A stretch of DNA of 64,000 nt from Vicugna vicugna (GCA_013265495.1 MU058384.1:4451239-4515238), one strand, 5' to 3'. Positions 23,901-38,809 are shown, counted from the first letter of the stretch. Notes: generated from the letters alone by a model not told the origin. Translations and numbers: made by a program.

Positions 23901-26900
23901 TGTGGGTTGGGGCCAATGATGAATATCCTACCTATACTTCATACCATGGGAAGGTCTGGCTATGGATTAATATTTCTAATTACTGTTCCTTGAAATAATC
24001 TGTCTCAGGATTTCTTTCCATTTTCACACCTAGGACTTTGCCAAATCCTCTGAATAGGACTCTTTATTTAAATGACTAATAACCCAAGCAATGCCCACTT
24101 AGGACAAGTGGGCATTTATTGGTTCGGGCAACCCAAGGAAGTGTTAAACTAACCAAATTCCAGGATAGGCAGTGATCCAGATAAATAAGTGGAACCAGGA
24201 GTTTGAACACTGACAGAACTATCCCTCCATGTCCTGCTGTTGCTCTTCCTGGAGTGTCAATCTCGATCTTTCTCACTTCAGAGCAGTTTCCCATCCATGG
24301 CAGGAACTATGGCTACTGACACCTTCTAAATTTTACATTCCACAGTTTCTGCCATGGGAGAAGGTCTTCCTCATCCCTTATTTGATTCCAAGTTCATTAC
24401 ACCAAAGAAGAGCTTGAGTGGCTCACCTTGGGGCCAAAGGAGGGGCAGGATCCTGAACATGGCAGCTCCTGCAGTTACCACAAGGTGGCCATGGAGGAAT
24501 GAATGGTCAGCTTTCAAAAATGGGTGCCCTGGAGGAGAGGGGTGGGACTTGTGGAGACAGTGATAGAGAGACAAACACAAGAGTCCTTTAAACGGTCTCT
24601 AGAAAAAGTACTGATATTGATAAATATTAATACTGAAAGTAGAAAGAGTATTTTATTTTCACACATGTTCTGCATATCCCATTTAAAATCAAAATAACGA
24701 CAGGAAAAAAAATAGTGACAAACATTTATGTGGATTCCACACACTCTTTTGATGAACCTCATTTGTATGGATACCCATAGTCACAGTTGGCATTAATGTT
24801 AATATATTTTAATTAGAACAGCATGGTCAGTGGATATGTTGTAAGTTTTAATTTGAACCCCCAAGCAAGCATGTAAGAACTGGTTCTAATCTTTTGTCAA
24901 TTATAAAACACACTTCCTCCCTCTGGCTTTTTAGCAATGTAGAAGATACTTTGACTGTATTTTCATCTATGAAAGGCAGACCACACTTCCCAGAAGGGCA
25001 ATGAACAACTGGTAACACCCAACTTCCAAGAAGTGAAAACCATCAGACTTTTTACAAGACAGCAATTCCACTATTAGATGAGTATGTGGGAGTGGGGGTG
25101 AGGGGAAATACTTAGAGATGGAACATTAGCAAGTTGTACACACACCAATATACTTGTTTTTGAATTTTAAATAGTCAAATATGATGAGTCAGTCTGAGAA
25201 AAAAGTCTGTGAATGCTAGCTGCATAAATAAAAGTTTTCAAAGAAACACACACACCACATACTTTACACTTTCTTTATAAAACATACATTTACTATGCAC
25301 CTTGTTTATAAAATCATATTTACTTTAGACATTTGACTTTCAGGCAGGCACTTTCCTCAGCTCTTGTTATGGCCTGGTTCATAAATACTGCTCCTTTGAG
25401 ATAGTTAATAATCATTCTTGAAAAAGGTTGTAGCTGTTTTTAAAAAATCTCCTTTTTGTCGAATCATCATAGCAATTAACCTTTCCCACTTCCGGCTCTC
25501 AAATGAACTTCCCAACATCTCCTCTTTCATTCTGACCTCTCTGCAGGTCCTCCAGTGATTTCATGTACATACAAGTGCTACTCTGGGTTCATTCTATTTC
25601 AGTATTTATTTCTGGTCAATGCTTCTAGTAAAACAATGGTTCTTCCTTAAACATGTCTTCCCAGCAGACCTGCTAGTCTGACAGCCCACATGCCAGCTGC
25701 CTGCTTCTTGGCTCCCTCCTCAGAGCACCTCATATGGACAGAGCTTCATTCAGCATTTTCCATTCCATTCTGTGGTCCAGCTCCTGCCAACTCCCAGGGC
25801 ACCTTATAAATGCTGATTGCTCTTCCCTCACCCCCACATGTTTACATTCCTACCTTCACTTCAACTAAAATCTTAAATAATAAAGCTATTCATTGATATG
25901 TGAGCTTGAAATAATAGACTAGAAGGGGAAGAACATTAACATATAAGTCTGCTGAATGCCTCAAACACCTCGGAAAGTTGATTTGTAGCCATCAGAATAT
26001 ACAATGTTAATGTTTTAGTCCTTGGCATTAGAGGATCAAGTCCACTTGAAGAATGGAGTTAGGTGCTGTAGGTCTTGCTCTCCCATTTCTTTTGTCTTAT
26101 CCTCAACAAAATTACCTCTTAGAAACTGAGATCATACAAGGCCTCTTTATTTACTCACAGCTGAGACTGGTCTCTTCTCAATAGCACAGACAGCACTGGC
26201 AAATCTGTAGCAATTGTGCAGTGAGGACACTGCATTGAGAATGCTCTCCACCAGTCAGAAGAGAGAAGCTCATCTTCAAGACATGGGCCCTTTACTTCAT
26301 GAAGGAAAAGCTTCAATGCAGCCTGGGACCACCCCACCCACATCAAATGGCAGCTCTCCTAACCAAGTTGTCTCTTGAGTATATTTTCAAGGACAAGACA
26401 GACAAGGCCCTGCCCATTATCTCAGCTCACATTCAGTTACATCTAGGGCTTCAGCTGCAGGGTTCCTCACTGACTGCCTGAAGTTGAGGGCTATAAAGGA
26501 CTGCTTCACAAAACTGGCCCTGGCATGGTTGGTCAAACTCAAGGAGATACTTAAAGACTCTGAACAGTGTGAGACTGCTGACTGCCAGATTCCCTGATCC
26601 AGAACCTCATCTCTAGGTCTGCCTCAGAAATAGAGCCCTACATCCTGAACAGAGATTTAACATAAATGAAACGGCTCATTCAATCACTGAGTTATTAAAA
26701 ATAAAGCAGTGAATGAATACCAAGTACTTTGCACTGTGCTCACAGATGAGTTCCAGGAGGGCTCACTCACTGTACTCAGGCCAGCCCGCCTGGGTGGAAG
26801 CAGCTCTTCTTGTCACTCTCTGAATTCTTCCACTGATTCTTTTAGATCAAAAGCTCATTGTGTTCTTCTTCTGGGGTCTTCTGCCCAGAAGTTTGCTAAA

Positions 26901-29900
26901 AGTCTCACTGGCAGCCCACCTTGATGCCAGCAAAATGGTCTTTAAAGGGAATTTGGGGAAAAAAACTCTACCTACCCAATAAGCCTAAACTATGCATCTA
27001 TCCTTTTGAAAAATCTGGAAACTTTATAGACTTGGGATTGACAATATGGGAACATAAGCTTGTGCCCTTCTAAAAGCTAGCCCTTGGTGGAAAAGCCTTT
27101 CGGTGGCCCTATCAAATACAAGATTTTTAAACATTAGGATTTTTTTTCACACACTGTTGCTTCAGTGAGATCATTCAAAGTCAGCCTCATCCATTTAACC
27201 TTCAGGTTTTAACAACCTACGCTAATACGCAAAGACTTCTCTTATTAAAGCCCCCAAATACTCATCAGAGAGATAGCTGAAAAGAAAACACTTTTAGTTA
27301 TTGTCAACAAATCCATTTATGGAACTGTCCAAGACACTTAGATAAAATAAATTGAAGGAAAAAAATGTGTTTTCATGATCTCAAGAAGGTTAAAACGCTA
27401 GACTGAAAACACTCACAAGGACATACAGTGTTTGGTCCTCTCTCAAGAAGCCCTTAGGGTTTGAGTTAAGAGGTTAGACCAAGGTCAGGGAAATCTCCTA
27501 AAACTGTGAAGACTGAGAATAGCTTGTTGTTAATTCTAAGGCAAAGTCCCCAGAATGCTTCAGAAGATGGACCCAGGAACATATTAAGAAATCAACTAAA
27601 CAGGCCTGGGGCTTTCACAGTTCATCTGTGATAGGCTCTATCAGCCAAGATGTTACTTCAGTGTAGTTTTGAAAAATATCAATAATGCAAATAATTAAAA
27701 TTTATAGATGACAGTCATGTGTAAGACACACTGTTCTAAGTGTTTCTCACATATAAGTAATACGAGAATGAAGGTGGTGTGAGAGAGGCTCAGTGGAAAG
27801 GAGGCACAGGACAGAACCTGGAATATGGAGGACCTGGAACTTTTGGAAATAGTCAGATATGAAAAGAAGAAACTAAGCAAGCATGGAATTTTTGCTGTTG
27901 TTTTTGTTACCTGAGGCACGTTCAACTTAGTGTCACAACATGATCTTGACTTTTGTGATGGTTAAGAGGTGATCTACTCAATGGTGTGATACTAGCCATG
28001 GGACACCCAAGGCCCTGTCTAAGACTGTGTGTGTTAAGTCACTAAGAACAGGTCTGGATCTTTCTGTTAGATGATTCCTGATAGTGATAAAGTCTATAGA
28101 CCTGGTGGACGGGACCAAGCAATATTGTTTTACACTGGCTCACTAATTCTCCTGACGATGGAGGAATCTATACACAAACAAGTGCAGGAAAAAGACATAA
28201 TTGGAAGGGCAATTGCGTTGCAGGTGATACTAGAGTGTCTGTTTTCCTCAATGGCTTTGTAATTTACACATGCATAAGAACCATGAGGAGGGGAATGCTT
28301 ATGTGAATTGCATATTTCTAGGTCCCTCTTCCAGAGAATCTGAATCTATTGTCAGTGGGTGGGAAGTGGGGACTAGAAACATTTTGAACAAACACACATG
28401 TGGCTTTGATGCACACTTTTAGAAATACTTTGAAAGTCTCAGAAAAAAGGACAATAGAGAAAGTCAACACAAAGTCGAAAAGGAAGACAAAGGACAGGAG
28501 AAACACAGGATTCAAAGTCATTAGGGAGCCTAAATAGGAATTATGTTACAAACTCACACAACCAGTTGTGAATTATAATGAGCAATTATGTCTTCTTAGT
28601 TATTGTTTATTCTGTGCTTATTTCCACTAAAATGTCTAGAAAGAAAAAGGTAATATGTATCTTTGGTAGAATAAAACTTACTATCTGTGTTGAAAGCAGG
28701 TATCTGGGGCAAGGAGGAGGAGTGATGGAAAACACATCACCTGTTGCCCAGTATGAATGCCACATGCCTTAGGACTCCAGAGCCTGCTTCAATTGCTTAC
28801 TTATAAGTCTGCATTCCTGAATGATTTCCCAGCTGCCAGGGGCCTGGGGTTCATCTCAGGTGTGTGAATCTGACTGGTTCAAGCCCGGGAGGGTAAGAAA
28901 CACGAGGAAATGCGTCACTACCGATAAAACTTGATATTTGAGGAGAAGGAAGGTAATAAGGAATTAACTTTAAGGAATGTAAATGAGAGAATTTCTGTTT
29001 TGAAGTCTTTATCACTGGAAATACTAGATCCAATAATTACATTTAGTACTCTGTAAACTAAGATAAATTATTAGCAGTTTTTAAAAACTCATGTAGTGAT
29101 AAAAATCATGGGCATAATTATTTAATCGCAATGAACTTTCTCTTTAAGTTATCTGTATCTTTTCAAGCACTGAATCAAATGTGCAAAGAGACTCAGTACA
29201 CAGAGGAGCACCTAAAAATGGACACAAATGACTGGTTAACATGAAAAAAGGTAGAGCATAGTATGTTCAATACATTTTAACTAGGCAAAATATATTTGTG
29301 CCTTATGTTTTAAAAAAGTTTTTAAAATTAATATTCTCAGTATCAATTCTGTCACATGTTCTGTGAAGAAAGCTGCGGCTATATAGTATTTCTTTCAGTA
29401 GAGTCTTCTTTCGTTATTTCAGCAAGACTCACTAATGAAATAAATTTCTGTAAGAAGTGTAACCAACCATACTTGATTGAACTGAAGGACAAACTGTATG
29501 AAAATATCTCAGAGTGAAAAAAAAAAAAGACGTCAGCAAACTGTTGCCTTTTTAAGCATCATTTCCCCCTGTAATTCAAAATTCCTTTTCTGCTTTCTGA
29601 GCCCTGTGCTACTGAGCTGCCAGCAAGAGCCATAATCATGGGCAGCACAAGCCAGACACAGGGTCTGGGTGAGCACGTGGCCAGCATTGGCTGGTGGAGG
29701 GCTGGGCCTTGTCTTCCTGAAGGAGTGGCTTCTTCCGCAATTAGTAGAGATTTTATCTGAAAGCCAATTACTTGAGAAAAAGAAGAGGTGGTGAAGGGTC
29801 AGTCTCAAAGGGACAAGGAAACAGTAACCATTGCTGTCATCCCTTTTAATTTAAACAGTAAATGCTCCAAACAGTAAGGAACAAAAACCCAAAAATTCAC

Positions 29901-31189
29901 CAACAGAATGAACATGATGGGAAAGTTCAAGGTGCCCTGTATCTTAGTCAAACTATTGTTTTAAAAAATGTTTTAAGTAAATAGAATAATAATGTAAATG
30001 CCTAGATTGAGAGTACTAGATACACAAAGTGATGGAACAGACAGAGTAAAGTTGTGTGGGAGTTAAATACACCAAAACTTGCCCACCACTGATTTGAAAT
30101 AACCAAGCGGAAGGGTTGGGCATGGTTTTGGGGTACAGAGAATAGTACTCCAGGGTCCACTTACCCTCAACCTATTTGTAAAACCTACTATTAGTGGCAA
30201 GTGACAGGGGCAGGGGGTGGGCTGGAACAATGTGAAGATTTTTCCCTTAAGAGAACATTGGCAACTAATGTTATATAATTTCCTTTTACTGACCACAGAA
30301 TAGCTGGTCATTATAGCTTTTAGGCACCATGCATCGTTGTTGTCGTGTAATATCATACACAATAGACTTTACCACAGATACTGCAATGAAACTTTAAACG
30401 GTAAAATCCTAGGAAAATACTATGATTTGTAGAGCAATAGTTCAACAGGAAGGAAATGTGTGACTTTCTATGGGCATTTACGATAAGTGGGGAAGCAGAA
30501 TGGTGATTAAAGGTATTTGAAATGTGCCTTCAAGTTAGGAAATTTCAAACTAAAGAATAAAAAAATAGTATACATTAACATTTTAAACTATTTCATGCAA
30601 AATTATTTATACTAGTAATTTTATTTTGTTCTTACAGTTCTGGTTATAAGTGGAATGATGTGCAGGTTTTCTTTCGTATTTCCCATCTTTCTTTTCTCCC
30701 TAAATCCTCAAATATCTAGGCTGTATGAACAGCACCCTACTCCACTCAACACACACAGATTAGAAGTTCCCTTCTGCAAAGGGGTCTCAATAGCTAAACC
30801 ACACTAAGGTGTAACCGACAACGACCTTCATATCCTGCCTGTTTCAAAATATTGGCAATTTAAGTTTTAGAAGGCTTCACTCAAAAGACCAAATTAAAAA
30901 ATGCTATAATGCAAAGAAATTCCTGGATAGCTTCTCCTGATTCTCCAGACACAATCCTTCTTGGTTTCTCCTTGCTGCCTCAATATGATCATTATAGCTA
31001 ACATTTCTCATTTTTCCTTATTAAAATGCCAATATACTTGGGAAAGAACAGTTATGATGCCTTACTAGCCAACAATAAAAAAGCTGAATTTATATGATCT
31101 TTTCTTCTCTGAAAATTAATCGAGAAAGTGGGTTTGTTAGGAAACAAGATGTTGAGATCAGCTCCAAGAGGAAAAGGAGAGAAGTTCAC

Positions 31190-31400
31190 TTACTGAGATC
31201 ATTATATGCCAAACATAATGCTGTATCTACGTATCTACATGGTACAATGCTACGTATACTATTTCATTAGTTTTCACCCAAGTGGCATGATACAGATAGT
31301 TTCTCCATTTTACAAATGAGGGAACTGAGATTCAGAGAGGTAAATCTAATAGCTGAAGTTCATGAGTGATAAACATTCACACCAAAAGATGTGTGAATTT
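31190..31400 (-). mobile_element. MIR SINE
   Basis: MIR core ctccattttacaaatgagggaactgagattcagagaggtaaat. Confidence 0.75.
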
Positions 31401-32399
31401 AAAGGCCTTGCTGTTTAAAGGAGCACAGAAATCAGAAGGCTGGAGGCCTACAAACCCCACTGAAGTCCAGCAAATTGGCCTTGCCACTCGCCCTCAACAC
31501 TGGATCAGAAACAGATCTCCAATTTCCTGACTCCTGGCTGAGCGTTCCTTCCATAAGACCCCACAGAAGGCTCTTACGCAATAATCAGGATTAGGGCTTG
31601 GCTCTTTTGCCCAGCAGCCTAACCCAATCTCCATGAGTCAAGCCAGACCTTTTATACCAGTCTGGGGCAACCAGAGGTAAGAGTCAACCTGTGTAGTACC
31701 TCTTCTGGAAATGGTAGCAGAAGTGAGCAACAGAAATTTGGCTTCCTCTTCTAACACATTTGGGAAAAAAAAGTACCAATTAATCCTTCAAGACAATTGT
31801 CCTTGTATGTGATGTTGAGATCTAAGGTGTGTGATGCACTTGTGAGAGGCACGGCATAGACAGGGTCCTCTTCAGTCATGGGATCACTGTCTTGAAAAGA
31901 GCCATAGCTGTTGAGGTTATAAACTCTCGCCAAAAGCAGAGGGAGGGAGAATTAAATTAAAAACAAGTCATTGCGTTTGAGTTAGAATAATAGAAAAGGT
32001 CCAGGAAAACATCCACTTTTTATTTATTGGGATTACAAATCTTCTTCAAAATGCACTCATAAATCAGCTTCTTCAACCGACCCAGTGTTACCCAACCATC
32101 TAATCAAGTTTGATTTTTATGAAGTGCAAATGCAGGGTAAAAAAGTGGTTTTCATCTCCAACTGAACAATTTTCATAATTGTCTGTGAAACCAACAGTCT
32201 ATTCTAGTTCAGGTGATTGTGAGATCCTAGCTGACTATAATTTAACTTCACATTCCTAAGAATTCTACATAAATTTCCAGTACAATAAGTAAACTGTACT
32301 TCTTTCATCCTTCTGACTCCATGGAAGCTGAGAGACAAGTATGCTACCTTTGCCATGTTTTCTGCTGAAGTCTTAGACTGCTCTTATCAATTTGTACAA

Positions 32400-32900
32400 G
32401 CTCATTGTATTTTACATCTACCAATGATTGGATGTTATATTTGTGTGGGTGTTCTTTCAATTAGTTATTTTAACATTGGTGATTTTAATTTAATCAATAT
32501 ATTGATGTTTTGTGATTTCTCCAATGATTTCTAAGCTAAGAAAGTTATTCCTATCCAGAGATAAGCTAAATATTTATCTACAGAATTTTATAGATAAATC
32601 TATAGATTATCTTTTGTGATTTTGTGTAATTTTTTAGCATTTCATTTTTAAATCTTTTTGGAATTAATTTTGCACTTGGAGTAAAGTGATGATATAAAGT
32701 GATTTTTAGACAATTAAGCAGATTTTATTGAAGCTGTCTATTGAATAAATTGACTCAACTTCCATAATGATTTGTGATTTTTATCATATCATATCACTAT
32801 ATTAAGATCTGTTTCTAGGATACATATATTTTTTTCCTTGATTTGTCTGAATCCTTTTGTATGCCGATACAAAAATATGAAACATTTTACATATGAAAAA
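32400..32900 (-). mobile_element. Highly degraded old L1 fragment
   Basis: T-rich antisense L1 ORF2-like motifs (ttggaattaattttg, gatctgtttctagga). Confidence 0.45.
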
Positions 32901-33181
32901 TCAAGTTGACCTATATTACTTATCCCCCAAAGTTTTAAAGATATATATATATGCAAAAATATTCATGTATATGTATATATATTCTCATATATATTCACTT
33001 ATATATTCTCATATGGGGTTTGATTTTTCTTTTCTTTACAAAAATAAAATTTTTTTTGCACTGATTTTTCATGCAACAGTATCTAAAAACAAACAATATA
33101 TTCAATACAATACTAACAATACATAATAACTTAACATCTATTGAGAGTTTGCATATGCCAGAAATGATTTGCTTTGTATAC

Positions 33182-33645
33182 TGTAACGGTTATGTAATTT
33201 TATGTGTCAGCTTGGCTGGGCCACAGTGTCTACACAAGTAATCAAACATTATTCTGGATGTTTCTGTGAGGGTTTTTTAAGATGAGATTAACATTTAAAT
33301 TGGTAGACTTTGAGTAAAGCAGACTGCCCTCCATTAATGTGGGTGGGTCTCATCCAATAAATGGAAGGCCAGATCACAGTAAAAAACTGACCTTCCCTGA
33401 GCAAGAAGGAATTCAGTCAGCAGATGGCCTTTGGATTTATATTGCAACACTGGTTCTTCCTAGGGTCTCCAGCCTGATGGTGTTTGGATTTGGTCTGTGG
33501 CACTGATTTTTTTCCCTGGACCTCCAGCCGAATGGTCCACTCTGCAGATTTTGGACTTGCCAGCTATAGTCAAATGAGTCAATTCCTTAAAAAATAATCT
33601 CCTCTCTCTCTTTCTGTCTGTCTGGGGAATTGTGATGAATATGTA
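33182..33645 (+). mobile_element. ERVL solo LTR (MLT2B-like), inserted into a MIR
   Basis: taattttatgtgtcagcttggctgggccacag...aaacattattctggatgtttctgtgaggg...gcagattttggacttgccagc. MIR halves lie at about 33125-33181 and 33646-33810. Confidence 0.85.
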
Positions 33646-33868
33646 TGTATAGTCATATTTTTTTCATTACAACAATCCCAGTGGGTAGGTATATTTTTAC
33701 TTTTTCATTTTACAGATAAGAACACTGAGTCTGGGAAGCTTAACAGCCCTTCCAACATCATTCAATCAGTTAGTGGCAGGATGTGGCTTAAAATCATTGC
33801 CCACAGTGTTAACAATACAAAATACTTTTTCAGATCAATGAAACTAACTTGAAAAAATTATTTTGTTT

Positions 33869-34950
33869 CCATTTGGAGAAAACAAAACCCACAAAGCTGG
33901 AGGTATTATGCTCCCTGATTTCAGACTATACTACTAAGCTACAGTAATCAAAATAGCATGGTCCTGACATAGATAAATTGCATAGATAATAGAAAAGAAC
34001 AGAAAGGCCAGAAATAAACCTGTACACTACAGTCAATTAATCCATGGCAAAAGAGGCAAGCATATACAATGGAGAAGAGGCAGTCTCTTCAGCAAGTGGT
34101 GTCAGAAAAGCTGGACAGCTTTATGTAAATCAATGAAATGAGGACACTCCCTCACATCATATACAAAAATACACTCAAAATGGATTGAAGACCTAAATTA
34201 AGACTTGAAACCATAAAACTCCTAGAAAAGAGCATGGGTGGAATACTGACATAAATTATAGCCATATTTTTTTTGATTTGCCCCCTAAGGCAAAAGAAAC
34301 AAAAGCAAAAATAAACAAATAGAATCTAATAAACTTAAAAGCTTTGCACAGCAAAGGAAACCATCAACAAAATGAAAAGACAACATAGTGCATGGGAGAA
34401 AATATCTGCAAATGATATTGACAGATAAGGGGCTAATATCCAATATATATAAGTAGCTTATACAACTCAATAGAAAAAAAAACAACAAACAATCTGATTT
34501 AAAAATGAGTAGATCTGAATAGACATTTTTCCCAAGAAGACACACAGATGGCCACTAGACACATGAAAAGACACTCAGTGTTGCTAATCATCAGAGAAAT
34601 GCACACAATGAGATAACCACAATGAGATATTACCTCCCACCTGTCAAAATGGCTATTATCAAAAAGTCTACAAACAACACATTGGTGAGGATGGCGAAAA
34701 GGGAACCACAATACACTGTTGGTGGAAATGTAAACTGGTGCAATCACTATGGAAACAGTATGGAGGTTCCTCAAAAAACTAAAAATAGAAGTACATGTGA
34801 TCCAGGAATTCCACTACTGGGTATATATCCAAAGGAAATCAAACACTAATTCGAAAAGACACATGTACCTCAATGTTCATAGCATTATTTACAATTGTCA
34901 AGACATGGAAGCAACCTAAATGTCCATCAACAGATGAATGGATAAAGAAG

Positions 34951-34989
<39 letters not shown>

Positions 34990-35448
34990 CGCGCGCGCGC
35001 GCGTGTGTATACAGACACTTATGAATAATACTCAGCCATAAAAAAAGAATGAAATTCTGCCATTTGCAACAATGTGGATGGACACAGAGGGTATTATACT
35101 TAGTGAAATAAGTCAGATAGAGGAGAAAATACCCACCTATATGTGAAATCTAAAAAAATAAAATAAACAAGTGTGTATAACAAAACAGAAACAGACTCAC
35201 AGAGAACAAGACTAGTGGTTACCAGCAGAAAGGGAAAGGGGAAGGGGCAAGAAAAGGGCATGGGATTAAGAGATACAAAGTACCATGAGTAAAATAAATA
35301 AGCAAAGAGGATATACTGGGCAGCACAGGGAAATATAGCCATTATTTTGTAATAACTTTAAATGGAGTATAATATATAAGAATATTGAATCAGTATGTTG
35401 TACACCTGAAACTAATATTGTAAATCAACATATGTCAATCTTTAAAAA
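33869..35448 (+). mobile_element. 5'-truncated, relatively young L1 (cetartiodactyl-type ORF2 end plus 3' UTR)
   Basis: ORF2 remnant MRYYLPPVKMAIIKKSTNN...GIPLLGIYPKE. 3' UTR cagcacagggaaatatagccattattttgtaataactttaaatggagt...gttgtacacctgaaactaat. Possible degenerate 16-bp TSD at 33853-33868 / 35444-35459 (3 mismatches). Confidence 0.92.
34954..35008. repeat. Compound microsatellite (TG)14(CG)11(TG)2
   Basis: Read directly from the sequence, inside the L1. Confidence 0.95.
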
Positions 35449-35534
35449 TGATTCTCTTTAAAGACAAAATAATACACTGCAGTTCATTATTTGGATTTGA
35501 TACCTTTTCAGAAAAATCGAAACGTTTCAAGAGT

Positions 35535-35860
35535 AAATTCTCAAAGTGGTAATCAAAAAGCAAATACAAAGAAGTCATTTGCCTTTCTCCCTCTTATTCC
35601 TCCACGAATGTACAGTTGAAGTTTGTGGTAGCTATATGACTACTATAGTATCTCAGTGCTCTAATGGTAACAGGTAGTGGGTTTATTTTTGTTAATTTTG
35701 AATGACTTATTAAATAAATATTTTTTAAAACTTCTCAGGTTTAAATTTAATATAGTAAATATTTATTGATTGAATTCTTGTAAACAAAAGACCTTTGGGG
35801 TTCTAAATAGTTAATGAATTTAAAAGAGATTCTGAGACCAAGAAGTTTGAGAACTGCTGT
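35535..35860. mobile_element. hAT-Charlie-like DNA transposon fragment
   Basis: Terminal-like motifs ttctcaaagtggt (about 35538) and ctgagaccaagaagtttgagaactgctg (about 35833-35859). Confidence 0.55.
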
Positions 35861-36739
35861 TTTAAGGACATTACAAAAAATTAAGATACTTTTGTGAAAT
35901 GAGTACTGTTATTTACAGTTTAGCAGATGCATTTGTACAGGTTTTATAGGATTCTTTAATTCTTCTCACATTCAAATCTGGGTAAGAGAGGGGAAAAAAT
36001 AAACCTAAAATCAATCTTCACAAATAATCTTCAATACTATTTTCAATTTTTAATGTTTTTAATTGGCCACAGTCAGAATAATTTTAGGCCCTGGGTCTAT
36101 AGTCCAGTCATAATTTTTACCAACTTTATCCAATTTCAATTGAGTAAATATTATCTTTTTATGGTGGGGAATATAGACTGAAAAAAACACATCTACGTCA
36201 TTCTCAGATGTCACATAGTGGACACTTGCTCTGAAAATGTATGCTGTGGAGACAAGATCTGCGTGCTGGCGCTTGGGTGCACGGTGACTCTGCACTTTCT
36301 GGTCCAGCTTCCTGTGGGCTGCCTGAGGGTGGTCCACATCCTCTGGGCATTCTCCCAAGGGTGGAGCATTAGCCATAACAACTGAACATCACTTTGCGGA
36401 GCATTTCAGAAGAGTAGAAGCAAAGCTGAGGCAGAATGAAGTGAGCTGGGCTGTTCTCAGACCAGTAGCCTCCCCTGGAGATGCAGCTCAGCTGGGCTCC
36501 ATGGGCAGAAAGGAGAGGGAGTTCCCATAGCTCATCTTCCTTCTCTGTATTTGGTAAGCATCTGCTCTCCTAGTCCACCAGGGAAAGGGCAGCATTGAGT
36601 CACTGCCTCAGTGTTATCAGATGAGTCCATGAGATAGAACAAAGGAATCCTGGGCTGACTTCTCTCTCTCTCACTGCTGTTGTGGAGCATCTTACTCTGT
36701 CAAAATCAACACCACCATTGTTCCTCGTGTTTGTATAGA

Positions 36740-36940
36740 ACATCATCACGTACAAAGCACTTTCACATTCATTATCTCTCAAGAACACTGCGAAGGAAAC
36801 CAGGCAGATATCGTTACCCTATTCATATATCAGAAAATAGAGAATTCAGAAGGTTATGCAATTTACTCAAGGTCACAGGTAGCAAGAGCCTTTCCAGGCC
36901 TGGAAGACAGCTCATCTGATTTCAGTCCCACATCAGGTCC
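36740..36940 (-). mobile_element. MIR SINE
   Basis: tacaaagcactttcacattcattatctc...cagaaggttatgcaatttactcaaggtcacag. Confidence 0.7.
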
Positions 36941-38809
36941 ACTGGTTATGCAGATGGCAACCGTAGCAGGTTTCCTCATTATACCTGAAATTACCTAACT
37001 GCACGTATGTTTTTGTACAAGTGTATTTGGAAGGAAGGTAGACAGACAAAAAAGAAAAAAGCAGAGACTGAAAAGGAAAAGAAAAAATAATCACAGGGAA
37101 ACGCACATCTTATAAAATTTGTGACTATCCTCATTCCTTAACTAACAATGCAAAGAAAGTCAGAGGTCATCATTGTCAACTTCCAGAGATTAAAAAAATA
37201 ATTTGTACATGCACCAAAGTCATCATTTGCAATAGTAATGAAACACCTGTTGAAACAAGTTTTTCTTTATGGGTGTCAGTGGCCAAAATAAATCTGAGTG
37301 CTTCAGAGAGTCCAAGATTAAGATAGGAACCCTTTGGCCTTCACCAGGATGCTCTCTTGAGTTTTATTAGCATGTAGAGGCGGCAGCTTTGGTTCCACAG
37401 CGTATGCTGAATGCAGAATGGCCTTCTGCAGGATGTGCTGGAGTTTCTTTAGCCATTAATTACTTTTACAGCTGCTGTTCTAAAAACAGAAAGGATAAAA
37501 ATTGCAGTCTGTTCCACTGAAAGTGCAAAGAGGACCAGCAAAAAGAGACCCATGGACTCTGCCTTGCAAATGAATCAAATAAACTTTTCCTTGAATGTGT
37601 TCCTGCTTATTTAAAACTCACTTGTAAGAGAATGTTAACAAATAACAAAACAGGAATATTAAAAAAAAAAGTTCAAAATCATTCATGAGGTAGGACATGA
37701 GATACTGATGGCTTCATAAAAGCAAGCAGACACTGCATCCAGAATGCTGTTTTGGCCTAGGTCTATGACAGACCTCTGTCTTGGTAGAATGAAAGTTCAT
37801 GATAAATAAAATTAAAAGTCACTTTATAGAAAAACAAAAATACATTCCACCTTCACTTTGTTTTGCAGGTTGAGATTTTGTAGGCTGAGACACACAAAGT
37901 CTTGAATGTCCACCATGAACACACTGCGACAATACAGCTGTGCACAGTCATCTTTGTTAGTTATTTCTACCTCAATTCCCATTCTCTATTTCTTGTCTCT
38001 TCTTTTCCACTCAGCCCAGCTTTTCACAGCTGCAGTTTCAAGGCAAATCTCTCATTTTTCCCTCCGAGGGACATTTATTTGCATAACCATTGCAACTTCC
38101 GGTTACTCCACTGAATAAATGCCACTTAGGAACCTATAAGCCTGTTGTTGCTGCTATTCCAAAGTAGTAGCAACTTTGAATGCCAGATTTTAAAAATGTG
38201 TTTGAAACTAGGGAAGGCATTTTAGAAGAAATTAAATGTGAATTCCTACTCTTCTGCCAATTTCCTTGTGTGAGTTTTTCAAATGAAGGAATGATTAATG
38301 ATAATGTGAAAATCATCAACCAAAGCAATCTCCATATTTTAGAGATGGTGTCTTATTACTGGCCTCTAAACACTCTGATTTCTGATTTACATGGCCTTTT
38401 TCTAACCTCCTCTTTAACTGGGTATATAATAATTGTTTTATATAGTCAGATCTCTTCATGCGGTATGTCATCATACACTGACATTCTGTTCGTGAGTTTA
38501 CACCTTGAAATTACTTTATGTTTATATCTGGACTAAAATAAAATAATTGGATGGGGTTCAAGGTTTTCTAAATCATATCAAATTCTCTTTCATAGAAAAT
38601 ATGTTAGATCCATGCTCTAGTGCATTAATGTGTGATAATAGTCTTCCTCACACACAAGTCTGAAATAAAACCACAGCAACATTCTGATACGACAGGCAAA
38701 CTATAGCAATAAATAAGTCATTATATAAAAAAAGGATGTCAGATTTTTCCTTTTGGTTAGAGGATTTTTCCCAAATGAATTCAGAATCAATTATCATATC
38801 CCATTTTCA

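Noticed and set aside
34285..35342. Several ORFs inside the young L1
   Set aside because: These are broken ORF2 pieces and antisense frames of a 5'-truncated, non-autonomous copy.
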